The translations under genes and the position numbers were made by a program. The notes under the pieces were generated by a model. The model made no database searches and had not been told where the DNA came from. It worked only from the letters and a program-made list of their open reading frames with translations. A stretch of DNA of 63,867 nt, counting the filler, from Basidiobolus ranarum (taxonomy: Eukaryota), in NCBI GenBank assembly GCA_040143965.1. It is 4 parts of 4 records of this genome, joined end to end, with 100 filler letters (N's around TTAATTAATTAA, not from the genome) between each part and the next. Parts side by side here need not be neighbours in the genome. Positions count along the whole stretch, not along the records: positions 1 to 15,941 come from JASJQH010000361.1; positions 16,042 to 31,953 come from JASJQH010000362.1; 2 more parts are not named here. One strand, written 5' to 3'. Within the stretch, counting starts at the first letter, position 1; each line of letters opens with the position of its first letter. Positions 13,385 to 26,397 of the stretch are shown here, in pieces.

Positions 13385-14250
13385 TCATACAGTGGCAACT
13401 CTTTTGCTTTGGATGAGCTGGGCTTCAACGTCTGCTTCTTCGTAGCAACGCTTTCGTTTATCCCCACCAACCAGTGACTGTGCTTCTGGGGTGGGGTCAT
13501 TTAAAAGCAATGCTTTGGATAACTCAGAATAGAATGGAGGTGGATTTTCAGTGGAATTATCCTCAACTCTTTGCGGTATACTTTCTGACTGACAACAGTT
13601 TTCACGGTCCATAGACTCGGAAGTCAGCGAAGCTGAAAGATAATTATAGTAGGGTTGCTCAAATACGTAATTGAGCGAATCAGAGGAGAGAGTAGTTTGG
13701 GAAATAGACGTTGATATAAGTTCAGGGATGTAGCCCTCAGGCCCAGCTGGAAGATTGAAAGAAAGCTCAGAAGTGGCCCCGGTTGACCATGAAGCCATCG
13801 GATACTCTATAGACTCACTGGAGCTCGTAGATGAAGCATCAGTTGGCGAGTATAGAGTATGTTCAGAGTCAACCATGCAAGTAGGAGGATACATGAAAGT
13901 GTTCAGCATATTAAACATGAATTCGTTGGATACGTTTCCGTTGTATGCAGCTTCTATTGGAGAACGTACAAGAGTATCTTCACATAGGAAGTTATCTAAA
14001 CAATAAAACCTGCAATCAGTATACTGATCTTCTCAACATAAGCATATTTTAACAATCTACCGAAAATCTCTTTGGATGGGTATATATTGAAGGGTAGTTG
14101 CTTTTGAAGTTCGTTGATTTCTCTGGTTCTTTTCAAAAAGCCTTTAAGTATAACCTCTTTTCCAATACCAAGATCTCGAGAAGAATCGTATATATCAGTA
14201 AGTTTGCGCTCACCTAAGGTGATAACGCGTTCAAGAGAAAACGTCTCCAT
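13385..14250 (-). CDS. Hypothetical protein: short N-terminal helical motif, S/T/E-rich body, basic C-terminal NLS-like KRKR
   Basis: The 84-aa and 177-aa ORFs join via an intron with donor G|GTAGAT (~14060) and acceptor GAGAAG|AT (~13978), giving ...EIFDTLVRSPIEAAYNGNVSNEFMF... Confidence 0.65.
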
Positions 14251-14879
14251 AATAGAACAAATTGTGAGGGTAAATCAATGAAAATGAATATATGCAAATA
14301 AAGAGTTTGGAACGTAATTAATGATAGCAAGAAAGGTGCGAATTGAGATTTGAGTTCAACTGGAAATAGGGGTGCTTAAAAGCATAATTACGTAGAAGTC
14401 TACCAAAGAAATTACACTATGGAACAGGGGTCTGGGTCAAATAGGCTTTCGAATTGATACAAGGGACTTTTCTTAAAATGGAAATTTTTCTTTCTAAAAT
14501 AATCGACTATGAGTCAAACTTTCCAATTTAGTAGTTGCACGCCTATATCATTGGCCTGTCAGAAGACTCTTAGAGACAACCAATTTTCAGAGTCTCCTAG
14601 GGAGCCAGATTTTAAGGAGCCCAACCCCACAATCTGTCAAATTTCAATTGCTATATAACCATATAATATTACTTGGCAGGATTGAACGGTCAAATTGAAA
14701 TATGTCCCACTTTTCCAGATTTGCATCAACAAACAAAGTCATCAATGACAGCTGGAATTGTATCGCTCATGGTTTTAGAGAAAAGGCGTGCGAGCTAACT
14801 AAATAAGTAGTAGAGAGCGCGTTGAATTCAACAATTATTTCCAAATCTATTCACTCCTGTTAAGCATCAAAGTTTCAAA

Positions 14880-14995
14880 GCACTTTCTAAATTCAATAAA
14901 GGCTCTATTATTGCACTCTAAATTCGATAAATGTTCTAACATTAGTGAGGATACGCACTCCAAATTCAATAAATATTCTATCGTTAGTGGAGATA
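14880..14995. repeat. Degenerate three-copy tandem repeat (core GCACT(T)CYAAATTCRATAAA)
   Basis: gcactttctaaattcaataaa, gcactctaaattcgataaa and gcactccaaattcaataaa occur at 33-42 nt spacing. Confidence 0.75.
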
Positions 14996-15941
14996 ATGTG
15001 AAGTAACAAACGAGCAGCGATTGTTACTTCACATTATAGAAAGTTGACCGCTCTCATCGACTTAGGATGAAGGCAACTTTCTACATTCCACCTTGCATAT
15101 GCCGTAGATAAGGTTTACTTTGGCTACTGTATCAATGGAATAACCATAGACACTAAACTTCCATAGATTTCCACTTGCACGGTGTATCTCAATTTGAGAT
15201 AAGGTAATGCATTAACCAACATAAGCATTAACCAACATAAGCACCTACCCATTTGGGCATCACTGATTAAAAAAATAACATAGTTAATCCAAACCATAAA
15301 ACCTTTGTATGTCACTAGTGCAGAACTGAAATGGACATGTTAACTTCTAATTATGTATACCGTAGTAACTAACATCCTTAACCTATACAACTCAGTAATT
15401 ATTTTGGATAATTTATTATTTAGGAGAGTAGAGCAAAGTGAAGTTTCTATGTCAAGTATAGATTCCAATTTTCTTATGGTAAGTCAAGTATAGATTCCAA
15501 TGGTAAGTTGTGCACAATAACAGTAATAATGTAATAATATCCATAGCAAACTGATATTCAGGTCACTTGAATACTTGGACAAGCATAGACCCAGTGGATG
15601 CATCTTTTTGCTACAATCTAAGCCATTCAATCAGATGATGATGCACTCCAATACCACCAACGTAAAGCATGTTTAGACTAATGTGTACTTTAACTTAAAG
15701 GTAAACTGATGACTAAGACTATATTGCGCCTCTGCGATATTGTTACGTCATTGATTGGTAGAAAAGCGTTATGACCCTACTGAGAGTGCGCAGCGTGCTC
15801 ATTTATTATAATTAGGCGATCTATAGTCTAAATGGCAATAGTACATAGATTCTGGCAATGGCAATAGGAATATTTCAGAATCAATGCGTTTAAGTCTCGG
15901 CTATTTCTAGATTTGTCATCCCATATCAATGTTTGGTGCGT

Positions 15942-16041
15942 NNNNNNNNNNNNNNNNNNNNNNNNNNNNNNNNNNNNNNNNNNNNTTAATTAATTAANNN
16001 NNNNNNNNNNNNNNNNNNNNNNNNNNNNNNNNNNNNNNNNN
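15942..16041. other. Artificial contig spacer N44-TTAATTAATTAA-N44
   Basis: Palindromic 12-mer giving stops in all six frames, flanked by 44 N on each side. Identical at three places. Confidence 0.98.
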
Positions 16042-16501
16042 CGCCAAAAACTTATCACAGTTAACCCCCACCGTAAATGCAACACTTATCAAAAATACCC
16101 CCTGTGATATCCACTGCTTACACATCTCTCTCGGTTCCGGCTCTTCCACCCCCCGTGAAAGCGTATACTTCACTACACGGTCTACATAATTATATTCAAT
16201 GCTATCTGTATGCTTGCACCGCCTTAAAAGTATTCGATCAAGCCAAAATCTCAAATTGAAGCAGCAAAGCACTATTGTAAAGCCCGCAAATATATCCTCT
16301 CGAGCTGGTGGGAAACCCACTTTTGCGAACAGTACAGATAAAAGTAGAGTTTCAAGTTTCAGTGCTAGAAATCCTACTTCCAAAACTGTCACTTCTGGCT
16401 TTGACAAACGTTTAAAGTCGGTAGTCGATAAAAAAGACACTACAAAGATAAGGGACTTCCTCCTTCAAACCATCAGCCAAACCATGGTTTTGAATAAATA
16501 A
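16042..16501 (+). CDS. 3' fragment of an unknown gene cut by the contig start (basic S/T/K-rich C-terminus)
   Basis: Frame is open from the gap edge, with a probable short intron at ~16163-16230, followed by the 100-aa ORF ending at 16501. No family motif recognised. Confidence 0.4.
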
Positions 16502-17933
16502 CTACTAAATAAAGGGCTGGTTACTTACAGACATCTTGCTTTGAGTTAGCAAATTCACTTTACTATATACGATAATGACGATGATATTTATTTGAGCCAT
16601 ATACAGTTGTAAGATCTGGAAACTTTGTTTACTGGTATTCCCAGGGTTAATGTGGTAGAGATTGCGACCAACAGAAAGTGGTGATAACGTATAAAGGGAA
16701 GAACATACCGAGACTAAATAGCATGAAATTTTTCACTACTAAATGCAAATATTCAGGAATGTCACAGTTTTGTGTAACGATGAGCTATTCAATATTATAA
16801 TTGTTTAGGCCATCACATTTCTCAGCTTTCTACTATTATTGACTATACAAAGATCGTTCTTTAATTTATGCTAGTAGCCTTTACCTCTCTGATTATATTG
16901 CCCGAGTGATGTGCCCTACTTGGATAACACAGATATTATCAATACTTGGGTCATATACCGTATTAAAAAATATATAAGCAAGCAAGGCGGGTGAGTATTT
17001 GAAATTGTATTCGGAAGATTGACATTGCGGTGAATAACGAATAAAAGATAGCCGGAAGCTTACTTACAACTCTTGCCAATTCGGAGAGTTCTCTCTTTGA
17101 GAACGAATTTCAATAGGAACTATCAATTGTAATTGATTTAGGCTGAAGGGAGCTGGATATTAGATTCATCCATGTATTTTTTGAGTGACATATAGTGTTG
17201 CATATCTGATATTGAAGACATCCCATGCTTTGAAGCCAAGAGTTGCCCCTCCCCCATCCTTTATTTCCATAACCTGTTCCCTCCACCTGCAGAGTTGTAG
17301 GAAACCACACATTAACGAATAAACGGTGATTTCTGCATCGAATTATTCTGCACATCTTTTCATTGGGGCGAAAACCGGAACGATCAAACACAAATACCTG
17401 CTTTAACTTACCAAAAGGTATGATGACTTTCTAATGTTGGATACCAACTCAACCGCAATCGATTAAACGGACCGAGATGGAATGCCGGAGAGATCTAGGA
17501 ACTACTATACAAAGACACCCATTTACTATTAGTTCTTCTCTTACCTAAGCAAGACTCAAGTCCAGCTTAACATTGAAGGCTGAACTCCACAACGAGTGAT
17601 TCTCCCCTCTTGTATTCAATAATTATCGCATATTTATAAGGAATGCATGGTGATCGGTATTTGAGGTGCTTGAATACTTAAGTACTTGCGCCATTTAGTA
17701 TATTAACAAATATGCGTTGTAGTGCCAGTGCCATTAGTCCAAAGATAGATCCAAACAAACGTCATAGATTTTGGGTTCATGTTGCTCAAGATTTGTCAGT
17801 TGTATCACCATTCAGTATTACAGGGCCTAACCATATACCCTACAAAGTCCGACGCATTAGTAGTGATATGGAATAGGGGAATTCAATTCGGAGGAAATAG
17901 GATGTTGTCACTTGCATATAAAGAACTTCGGAG

Positions 17934-18773
17934 ATGATTAAGAAGTTATTATTAAGCAAAATGGCTCATCAGCGACTACTCTCAACTCCACTTTATGCCG
18001 TGTCTGCTATATCCGTTGGCACTGTATCAGCGATTGCATACTTTTATCAAAGAGCACTCAATAGAGTTCATTCTACCACGCACAGACCTGATTGGAGCTT
18101 TCTAAATTATGTCAAGACTGAAACAGAGAATCTTACTTCTCAAGAGCAAAGCAATTTTTATCGAGATAGTTTCAAGATCCGAGTTCCAAGATCCCAACTA
18201 GCACTTCCTCCTCTCCAAGCAGATTCTGATACTTTGCTGCTGCGTTATGCCCGAGCATTCTATACCTCACCTCTTTTTAAACTGGAGCGATTGATTCTTC
18301 GCCTCACTTCGGCTAGAGGTTTTCGTGCCCCTGGTCAACAAGTCAACGATAACATAGTAGAAACAGACCAAGATATATTAGCACGAGAATTCCAAGTTGG
18401 TGATACTGTTGCTTCCGAAGTCTTTACAGTAACCGGTCGGGAATGGAACCAAATTGGGCTTCGTTTTACTTTGAGCCATGGTAAGATATTGGGAACTAGC
18501 TGGCTGGCTGTTGCAGGTCCCGAAACCATCGTCAAGGAATTGGATGGAGAGACGAGCTTGGTTAAGTCGGATGAGGAAGAGTACTATACATTCTGGTTTG
18601 GTACAGTCTTGGTCCCAGCTGGCACCACATCCGCGGCTTCCTTAGGTAGTAAATTTAGTTCGAATAGTTTAACTATTCAGTTGCATAAACTGTATTCGCG
18701 CATGTTACTTGATATGGCTGTTCGAAACCTGGCTTGGATGCAGCAAAAGCAAAGCAGTACCGTGAACTTATAA
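17934..18773 (+). CDS. Conserved hypothetical protein (DUF2867-like, bacterial-type family) with N-terminal anchor/targeting segment
   Basis: Intronless 279-aa ORF with motifs DSF, YARAFYTSPLFKLERLIL, F.VGD.V...F.V and LHKLYSRMLL. TATATAAA at ~17917 suggests the second ATG (17961) is the real start. Confidence 0.7.
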   Translation: MIKKLLLSKMAHQRLLSTPLYAVSAISVGTVSAIAYFYQRALNRVHSTTHRPDWSFLNYVKTETENLTSQEQSNFYRDSFKIRVPRSQLALPPLQADSDTLLLRYARAFYTSPLFKLERLILRLTSARGFRAPGQQVNDNIVETDQDILAREFQVGDTVASEVFTVTGREWNQIGLRFTLSHGKILGTSWLAVAGPETIVKELDGETSLVKSDEEEYYTFWFGTVLVPAGTTSAASLGSKFSSNSLTIQLHKLYSRMLLDMAVRNLAWMQQKQSSTVNL

Positions 18774-19893
18774 TCAACTGCTACATACAAGTACAGCAAC
18801 GTATTTATATATCCTTCTTTAAGTACTTTATCAATACATTAAAATATCATTTCGGGAATAACCCGGGTTCATTCTAAGTGAATATGAGTAGTAAATAACG
18901 AGTGCTATGGCCGAGGTGTCGCCGTGGGGTTGATGTAACACACAGAGTCATTCGAGTGCTCAAGTCCATTTTCGGTTGAGTTTTGACAACTTCCTTGGGT
19001 TAGATATTAAAATAGTGCAACCTTCACATTTAAGCTTTAGAGTGTCCATACAAATTACCTCAATAGTCTAGTACCTCATTCTTAAGACGAATGTGCAACC
19101 ATGAGTCTCAAGAGTATCACCTCTATATGCTCATTACTCAACCTTCGACCCTTCAGACATTAATAGGTAAGAGTAAAGGGTCATATCTTGGAATTTTCAT
19201 CACCTGCGCCGTAAATCTTCTCACTTATCGAACCAATTAGGAGTAATTATTTGAATGCAGAATCGGATTTTGGTTGCATGTCTGCTGTTGATTTCTCAAT
19301 GTATCAATATACCAACAATTGTCACCAAGAACCAAGGTCTACTTCCGAACTGTAAATCCTGCAAATCAGCGATGTGCCCAAGAAATCTGAGGACAGTCAC
19401 AACGAATCCTATGTTAGGATTCTCTTATTCCTTTTTCGCTATGTTCTCCTAATCGTTCTTCCCTAAATTCACCAGCTTTTGATAAGATTTCGGATGAGTA
19501 GATCCTATATTTGAAGGAGTGTATATATAATATATTGTAAGCTAATCACTTCCCTAGATATCCCGTATCCGAAGAAACATTTAGCCAACCTCACGGATAA
19601 TTATTCATACATATCCCATCCCGACTAGCAATCTCAACCATCACTACAATTGGTAGCCAGGACAAGTTTATTTTGTAGTTCAGTAGTCTAACACGTGGTG
19701 TAAATTGCTTTAATAGGACTTGAAAGCACACATGATTGGTCAATCCGACTGAACTGATATACACGGGTAAACTTACCAGATTGAACTACCAATTGATTCC
19801 ATGACAAGAGAAAAACAGAAAGGATGAGCTGAGCGCTTGTGAGATTTTGAAGTTAAATAGACTAGAATGTGAGCATGATGACACTTCATTATT

Positions 19894-20612
19894 ATGTCTT
19901 CCAATTCACTTCCAGTTAACGCAGTAAGTATCATCAAAAATCTTGATTCTCGATAGAGGCTTCTCTTAGTCTGTTTTAATAAGCTCTCTGATGTAATAAC
20001 CACTCTTGCTTCTTAGGCCAAGAAGTCCAGCAGGCAAATTTCCTTGGACAACGTAGAAATATTAGCGAATCTACATACCCAGTTTCTGGCTGAGAATGTA
20101 AGTTATAAGAAAGATGACTGAACTACATGGATATTTTTTATGTCTGATTCTCCAATACTAAGTAAATTTGATTTTTTTAAAGGCGTTGTTCATATTCGTT
20201 AGAGCAGTCATTTGTTTCCATAGTTTCAGTGTCTGGGATTTCTTGTTGTATTTTGTCACCGGAGGAATAAGTTCACTCTGCTATGCACAACTACTTAAGA
20301 AGGGAACACCGGTTTACACTTACGTTGGAAAATTGAGAAACCCAGGGGAAGATTTGAACGCTGACGGACTCAACGCTTTCTTATTCCATGTTATGTATGC
20401 CACTTGGTTCGTACAAATTGGCTCGATTATCACGGATTATGTTTATTTCACATATCTTCTGGTAAGTGACTGAGATTTATTATGGTTTTTGGAGTGCTCT
20501 AAATCAAGTATTCAACTCAACATTCATTGTTTAGGTTCCTGTATATGGCTTCATCAAACTATGGCCCACTGTTATCAAGCCCTACTTCATACCCAAGGTA
20601 TCCGTCGAGTAA
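19894..20612 (+). CDS. snd2: SND2/TMEM208 (DUF788) SRP-independent ER targeting protein
   Basis: Four exons: MSSNSLPVNA|AKKSSRQISLDN..N|ALFIFVR..GTPVY..GKLRNPGEDLNADGL..TWFVQIGS..YLL|VPVYGFIKLW. Confidence 0.85.
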
Positions 20613-22420
20613 GGCTTCGTCGTACATAATCTAGAATACAGTAAGTTAGATCCAAGTTAGAGAAGATTGCCGCGTGTGATGTAAGAGTGTACGCAGGTTT
20701 CGATGATTTTCCAACGAAAGAATAATAAATATCACTTCATTCATAATATTTCATCTTGGTCACTAGGATAAGAATACCGTTTTGGTTCTTAACATGATTA
20801 ATATTAGAGATTTATGACTGAGCGGGTCTTCAAGTCAGTCAGAACTTTTCTATTAGATTCCAAGGTGTTATGAAACTGTGACGTCTTCTAGGTGTATAGC
20901 CTGGATCAAAAAAATCTTAACCAGGGAATTGCATCCTTACAATCCAATATAAATGGACAGAAATGTTATCCATCATCGTTATTGTTTCTAGTTGACTAAT
21001 CATAGGTATATCCTCTTTTCAAGTTGTTAATGGTTCCACAAGTTGAAGAGATTAAACAGCTTGGATGTTTCAGGTCGTTGAGACTTTAGATAAGTTAGAT
21101 ATTGCGGACTCTGATGGACCATATGATGTGAGTCAATGATTTGTAAAACCTGATTGATACTCAATTTCAAGTGAGATGAATGAAATATGGAATAGGAATT
21201 TGGTAGGGGTATCTAAGGAGGTATCATTTTTTATAAAAGTAGAAAGCTACATGGCTCAATAGTATTATATATGTGTACTTCCCCTGCCTGAATATCAGAT
21301 GAATAAAATAGTTTGAAGTTCCATTAATTTGGCACAAGTGTTAAAAGTATACTCCTCAAAAGATCTACGATCAACAAAACTGAGCCTTAGGTGTGGTACA
21401 CCTTTAGTTTACTGATAAAACCCAAGCAAGTAGTAGCGATTTGCAGAAGTTTACCAAGTAAAGAAAGTGTCATAGAGAATGAACTCAATACTCTCATTTT
21501 TAGCAAAGAATTTGCGATTCCTCGTGAATGTCAACACACGTGTGTTACTATAATCTGATTGCATTCGCAACATAAGTCTTCACATGACCTGATTGAAACT
21601 TAAGCAAACATGATATTCATCGTTTAATAAATCAAACCGAGAAGCTCTCTTGATCAGAACAACTCAAAGTCACTGTTTTCCAATGTTAATCCCCTCTAAA
21701 CAAGGTAGTTCTCTATGTTTCGGACCTATCTTTCATCATAAAGTTACTATATTTCAATCCATAAACAGCTGACTAAATTTGGTTAGGCCTCAACGTGAGA
21801 GAGGAGCCTCACAAGTGAGTGTTAGTTCTTAAGAAAGAGCCATTTTACACGTGAAGAGTTTAGACAATTATTACTTGATAAACATACATACTGAGCGTAA
21901 AATATCTCGAGGTTTAAATCGAGCGGTGCAGTAAAGCGTATAATAGTATACTTTAAATATGCATGCACTTTTGGACAGATTCAATTGCTTTTGAATTCAA
22001 CTAGATACATGAGGCTTCCCCGTTCTTTTCTTCAGTATTTTTGATTATTTTAGTCAATGATAAGAGCGCGGTACGCTAAATGGTGACCGAATGTAGGGAA
22101 GTGGGGGTCGAGTCAAATGTTTTAAAGAAAAGGATATTACAAAAATCCAGATTTTCCACTGAAAACAAGCCAACTATAATTAAGTATAAAATGGATCCGA
22201 TTACAAGGAAAAGTGATTATTTTTGCTAGTGACAAAGAAAGCATGTATAAACAAATTAGGTGGTTAAATAGAATTGATCAGAAGAAAAATCTTGAAATTA
22301 GAGTAGCTAAAGCGAAATTGGAAATTCACCGATAATACACCGTGTGTTAAGAAATCCATTTTTCCATCCCAAGTCTGCGATTTAAGGGACATCTGTTTGG
22401 TCCCCACCGGTAACCAGGCC

Positions 22421-24627
22421 TTAAGATGACCCGGACCGAAGAAGATACTCGACTGCGGAGTTAAGATCGCCCCCAGTAGCCAACAGTGCGCTGAGAAGTA
22501 GGAGGTCAGTTAACAACAAGCCGGAGTATAAATACCTGTACATTTCTGAAGACTTACCGAACATTTGCTGTGGCATCATTGAATCCCATCTCGTTTAAGG
22601 AGCGGAGCTGATCTCTAAACCGCATCTCAGGTGGCTCTAGTGTGGATGAAGACTGTGTGCTTGGGTTTTGACTAGATTCAGAGTCAGATGAATTAGTATC
22701 TCAGTGATTCTTTCGAGTTAATGAGCACTCACTTTAACATTTGATCCATAAAATTGAAATGACTGGATGGATTTGGGTTCGACGGGCTAGCGTTGCTAAG
22801 CATATTTCGTAGCTCTTGATTAATGTTTCCGCCAAAACTTTGAAACAACGAATCCTGGTTGGCTCCGACTAACGTATCACTTGGGCGTGATTGGGGTTGC
22901 AATGAAGGGTTTGATGGGAACAGACGGCTCATCATTTGCTCGTAATGTTGTTGCTGCTCATTAGTTCCCAAGGACGCTTGTTCAGATTGTTCAGAGAATG
23001 ACCCATGAGTATTAACTCCACCAGGGTGATAGGTTGCATTGTTGCGTTGCAGGCCAGGCCCCCACCTATAAGCTCCATTTGCACCTTGAATATTAGCAGT
23101 CTGCTCGAATTCTGCGGGCTCTTCTCTCATATTGAGCAAGGGTAATCTAGGTGCGGGAGGGCAACGGAGAGATGATGGCGAGGCTCTGGCATTGGTAGAA
23201 CCTCTTTCCTGTTCCCCTTGTGGAGATGAATTTCCTGATTCACTAGGTAGCTGTAAATCAATTTTTAAGTAATCTATACTTCATCCTAAACAACTAGCAT
23301 CGGGCTTTTATGAATACATACCATTCTAATATTATGAATGTCAGCTCTAGTACTCGATCCGGATGCTGTCAGAAAATCAACATTAAGATTTGTTGAGGTA
23401 CAAAAAGAAAATAAAATTTCAAAAAAAGACGCTCACCACGGGACGGCTCACTTGAGTGAGAGGGTAATGGACGGCGTGTCCATGGGTTCGGCAGCGGTGT
23501 GGTATTAGGTTGGTCGTCATCTAATCGTACTAAATTAATATCGTCTTCAGATACACAAATAAATTGTTCAATAAAGTTACCAGGCATTTGATTAGCATTT
23601 AACATCTTAGCCCAGCGTTCATTGATAGCCTCGGTGGAGGGGTCCTCCTACATAAAGCCTATAGTGTAAGAGCCTCATCAGGATGTCAAATATTCTATAA
23701 AAACAACTTACCGGACTGTGAGCAGATTCTAATGGCTCTTGCAAATTGTGGTACATTTTTCGCAAATGATTAAACCCTCCAGGTAACATCTCCAAGTTTG
23801 ACAATGCGCGATCATTATTACGCATCATCTCTCGCATCAATTCTGGATTTCTAGCAAGGTCCATAGTCTAAAGGAATATTCTATAGGAAATTAATAATTA
23901 CAAAAATACGATTCTAGGCACTTCTTCCGTAGCTTGCTAAGAAAAACATGATACATACCTGTTGTAGAAAATTCGGGTCATTAATGATATGACCAATCTC
24001 CGGATTGCGTTCTACCATTTCCTTTACTTGAGGATTCGATAACATTAACGCACGGACTACTTCAGGGTTGGCCATCATACTCTTTGAGGGAATATTGTGT
24101 TAGAAATGACTTCAGAAAAAGAAGTATTATTTCGAACCAACCTTCATAAAAGATGAGTTGAGAAGGTCCTTCATGAAGTGAGAAGATTGTAGAGACTTGG
24201 ACTGAGAATCAGGTTGATCTCTTCTGCTATTGGATGCTTGCTCTAAAGCTTTGTTAGAGGCACTGCGAACCAAGTGAATAGTATGACCATCACGAATATC
24301 TATCAAATAAACATGTAAGATTAGTTAGGAACCACGTAAGCTTTGTACAAATTATAAGAAAGATCAGAGTTTCTTGATAGTCAATGGCTATAAATTACTT
24401 CCAATATGTAGTCAGCACTTACCATAAAAACGAAGTAGATTGGCATCCTGGAGAACTCTACCGGCATATACAAGTCTCATTTGAGCAGGGGTCATACTGG
24501 ATTGTGATTGCAATTGCTCTTTAAGTGACAGTACAGTGGTTTCTTCAGGGCATACTGAGATGTTGGATGTGTTCCCGCTAGAAAAGCGTATTTTTAAGGT
24601 AATGTTTGCAGGAGTTGATTCGGACAT
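22421..24627 (-). CDS. dsk2: Ubiquilin/Dsk2 (UBL-STI1-UBA) proteasome shuttle
   Basis: UBL domain ([24 protein letters not shown]), STI1 region ([43 protein letters not shown]) and UBA ([38 protein letters not shown]), across several GT-AG introns. Confidence 0.93.
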
Positions 24628-26397
24628 CGCTTGCTATGCGAAAATGTAAATATAAACTTGATGTAATCACTCAAGGAAATTAAGCCTAATTAAGGACAAA
24701 CAGACGAAGCGAAACGAGTTGAAAAAACGAAGACAAAGACCAAAAACAGGGAAACGTGTTCGATTAATAGTAATATTAACAGAATATTACTCAATCAATT
24801 AGAAAACTACCCATCAGACTGTTCCCACTCATGGTGCTGATTTGGCCTGAATAAATGAGCTGATTTAAATCAGCACCCCTCCTTTGCGCAAATTTAATCC
24901 GCTATAATATGAGTTCCCATAATTTCGGATTGTGGTTGAACTCGAAATTGGATTACTAATTGGACGCAGCAATGGTTTGAAGTCCTCGAAACCGACACTA
25001 GCCCATACCCAGGACCTCGGCCAAGGACGGCACAGGTGCAAGCTTGCCTCCTCCCCCGTTATAATGAACAGGTGAGGTAGTATTACTTACCTCATCAAGG
25101 CCTCTCAAACGAGAGATGCCCTTATTTGGGGGAGTGATGGGCAATTTGGTAGATATCAAAGCCATTGGAGAACGTCTGAGACATGTCCAATGGGAAAGCT
25201 CTCGACTCAGCTGAATATCCAACAGTCTTGCTGTAAACACTATGCCAGGACTTATCTACCATTTGGCCATCCAGCAAGGAAGCATGTAGTGAGCTCACAA
25301 TACATGCTATGTGACCGAAACCCTACATGACATGATTAATCTCAGGATGAGTGTAAGTTTAGATTTACCCCTCATTGCCGTTGATTTGCAGCTCTACGAG
25401 GGGTAACAAAGTGTATAGCACATGCATGCATGCGTACCTTGGCATCGGCAAGATTCGAAATCTTGATCCGCTCGATGCACCACTGGCCAATGATTCGGCA
25501 ATGATCCCTTGATAATCAGTAAGTTCTGGAGACCCTAGTAACACGAATCATTTCACGTGATGCACCAATAACTAGGTAATCAAATACTCTGGCGCCTGAG
25601 TCTCTAGATACGGCCATTGCGCCTAGATATTATGCTGGCCGGGTCAGAAGCACGAAGTGGTGATGTTGCCAAAACCAACGTTTACTGCTGTACCTTAATC
25701 CCTTGCTTTAAACCCATGGCACGGGTTACATAGCCATCTTTGGCTCCAGGTGATCTGACTAACCAGCTATGTAATTCAGGGCTGTGCCATCGAGATTCAC
25801 CAACATCTCCATCAATGTAAATACCATCATTAAGCTTACTGCCCATTCTCGATTTTATAATTGACTTGAGTTGCCTGCAATCTGATTTGTCCCACAGAGC
25901 CATACATTAGTCGCATTTTGCATAGCATCAAGTGTGCGAATTTAGCTTTTGTGATACTGATAAATTGGTTTTTAATCCAAAGATGCAAACTTGATTTGGA
26001 TTTATGGGAATTCATTATTATTAACTGTAAGCTATATCTATTTCCTCCACTTAGTGCTATTCTTGTATAGAAAATATAGACGCAATTCACTTGAGTTCTC
26101 ATTATGGCAGCAATTGGTGGCGTATATCTATAGTGACATTCTTGGGTAGCTTATATTGAGAGTTCTCTACTTATTTCCTTCAGCTTAATCAAAATAATTT
26201 CACTATTTGACCTCCCTCAACTTAACCGAGGCTTAACTAGTATTGTGGAGGAGAGCCAGAGTACTTAGCAGGCATATTTGTTTTCTTATTATTTAGCTAA
26301 TTGTGTTATGCAAAATCCCTCTGTTGTTTGAGTCTTAGGTTTAAAAAAAAACTATCCACCTTACTTAACTTTCAAAAATCAAAATTAACTTATCATC

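Noticed and set aside
14880..14995. Repeat-spacer-like pattern considered as a CRISPR array
   Set aside because: Eukaryotic context, degenerate repeats, intervening segments that are short and similar to each other, and no cas genes.
15986..15997. TTAATTAATTAA palindrome repeated three times at ~16-kb spacing, taken as a biological repeat or piggyBac TTAA site
   Set aside because: It is always centred in exactly 44+44 N, so it is an assembly linker.
18901..18965. tRNA-like start GTGCTATGGCCGAG and TTCGAG
   Set aside because: No cloverleaf: acceptor, anticodon and T stems do not pair.
21040..21120. LRR-like peptide remnant (LKRLNSLDVSG..LDKLDIAD)
   Set aside because: Too short and broken by stops to support a pseudogene call.
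25073..25094. Small hairpin TGAGGTAGTATTACTTACCTCA beginning like let-7 and containing a U1-like ACTTACCT
   Set aside because: Only a 10-nt match and a short stem. No pre-miRNA or U1 body follows, so it is coincidental.
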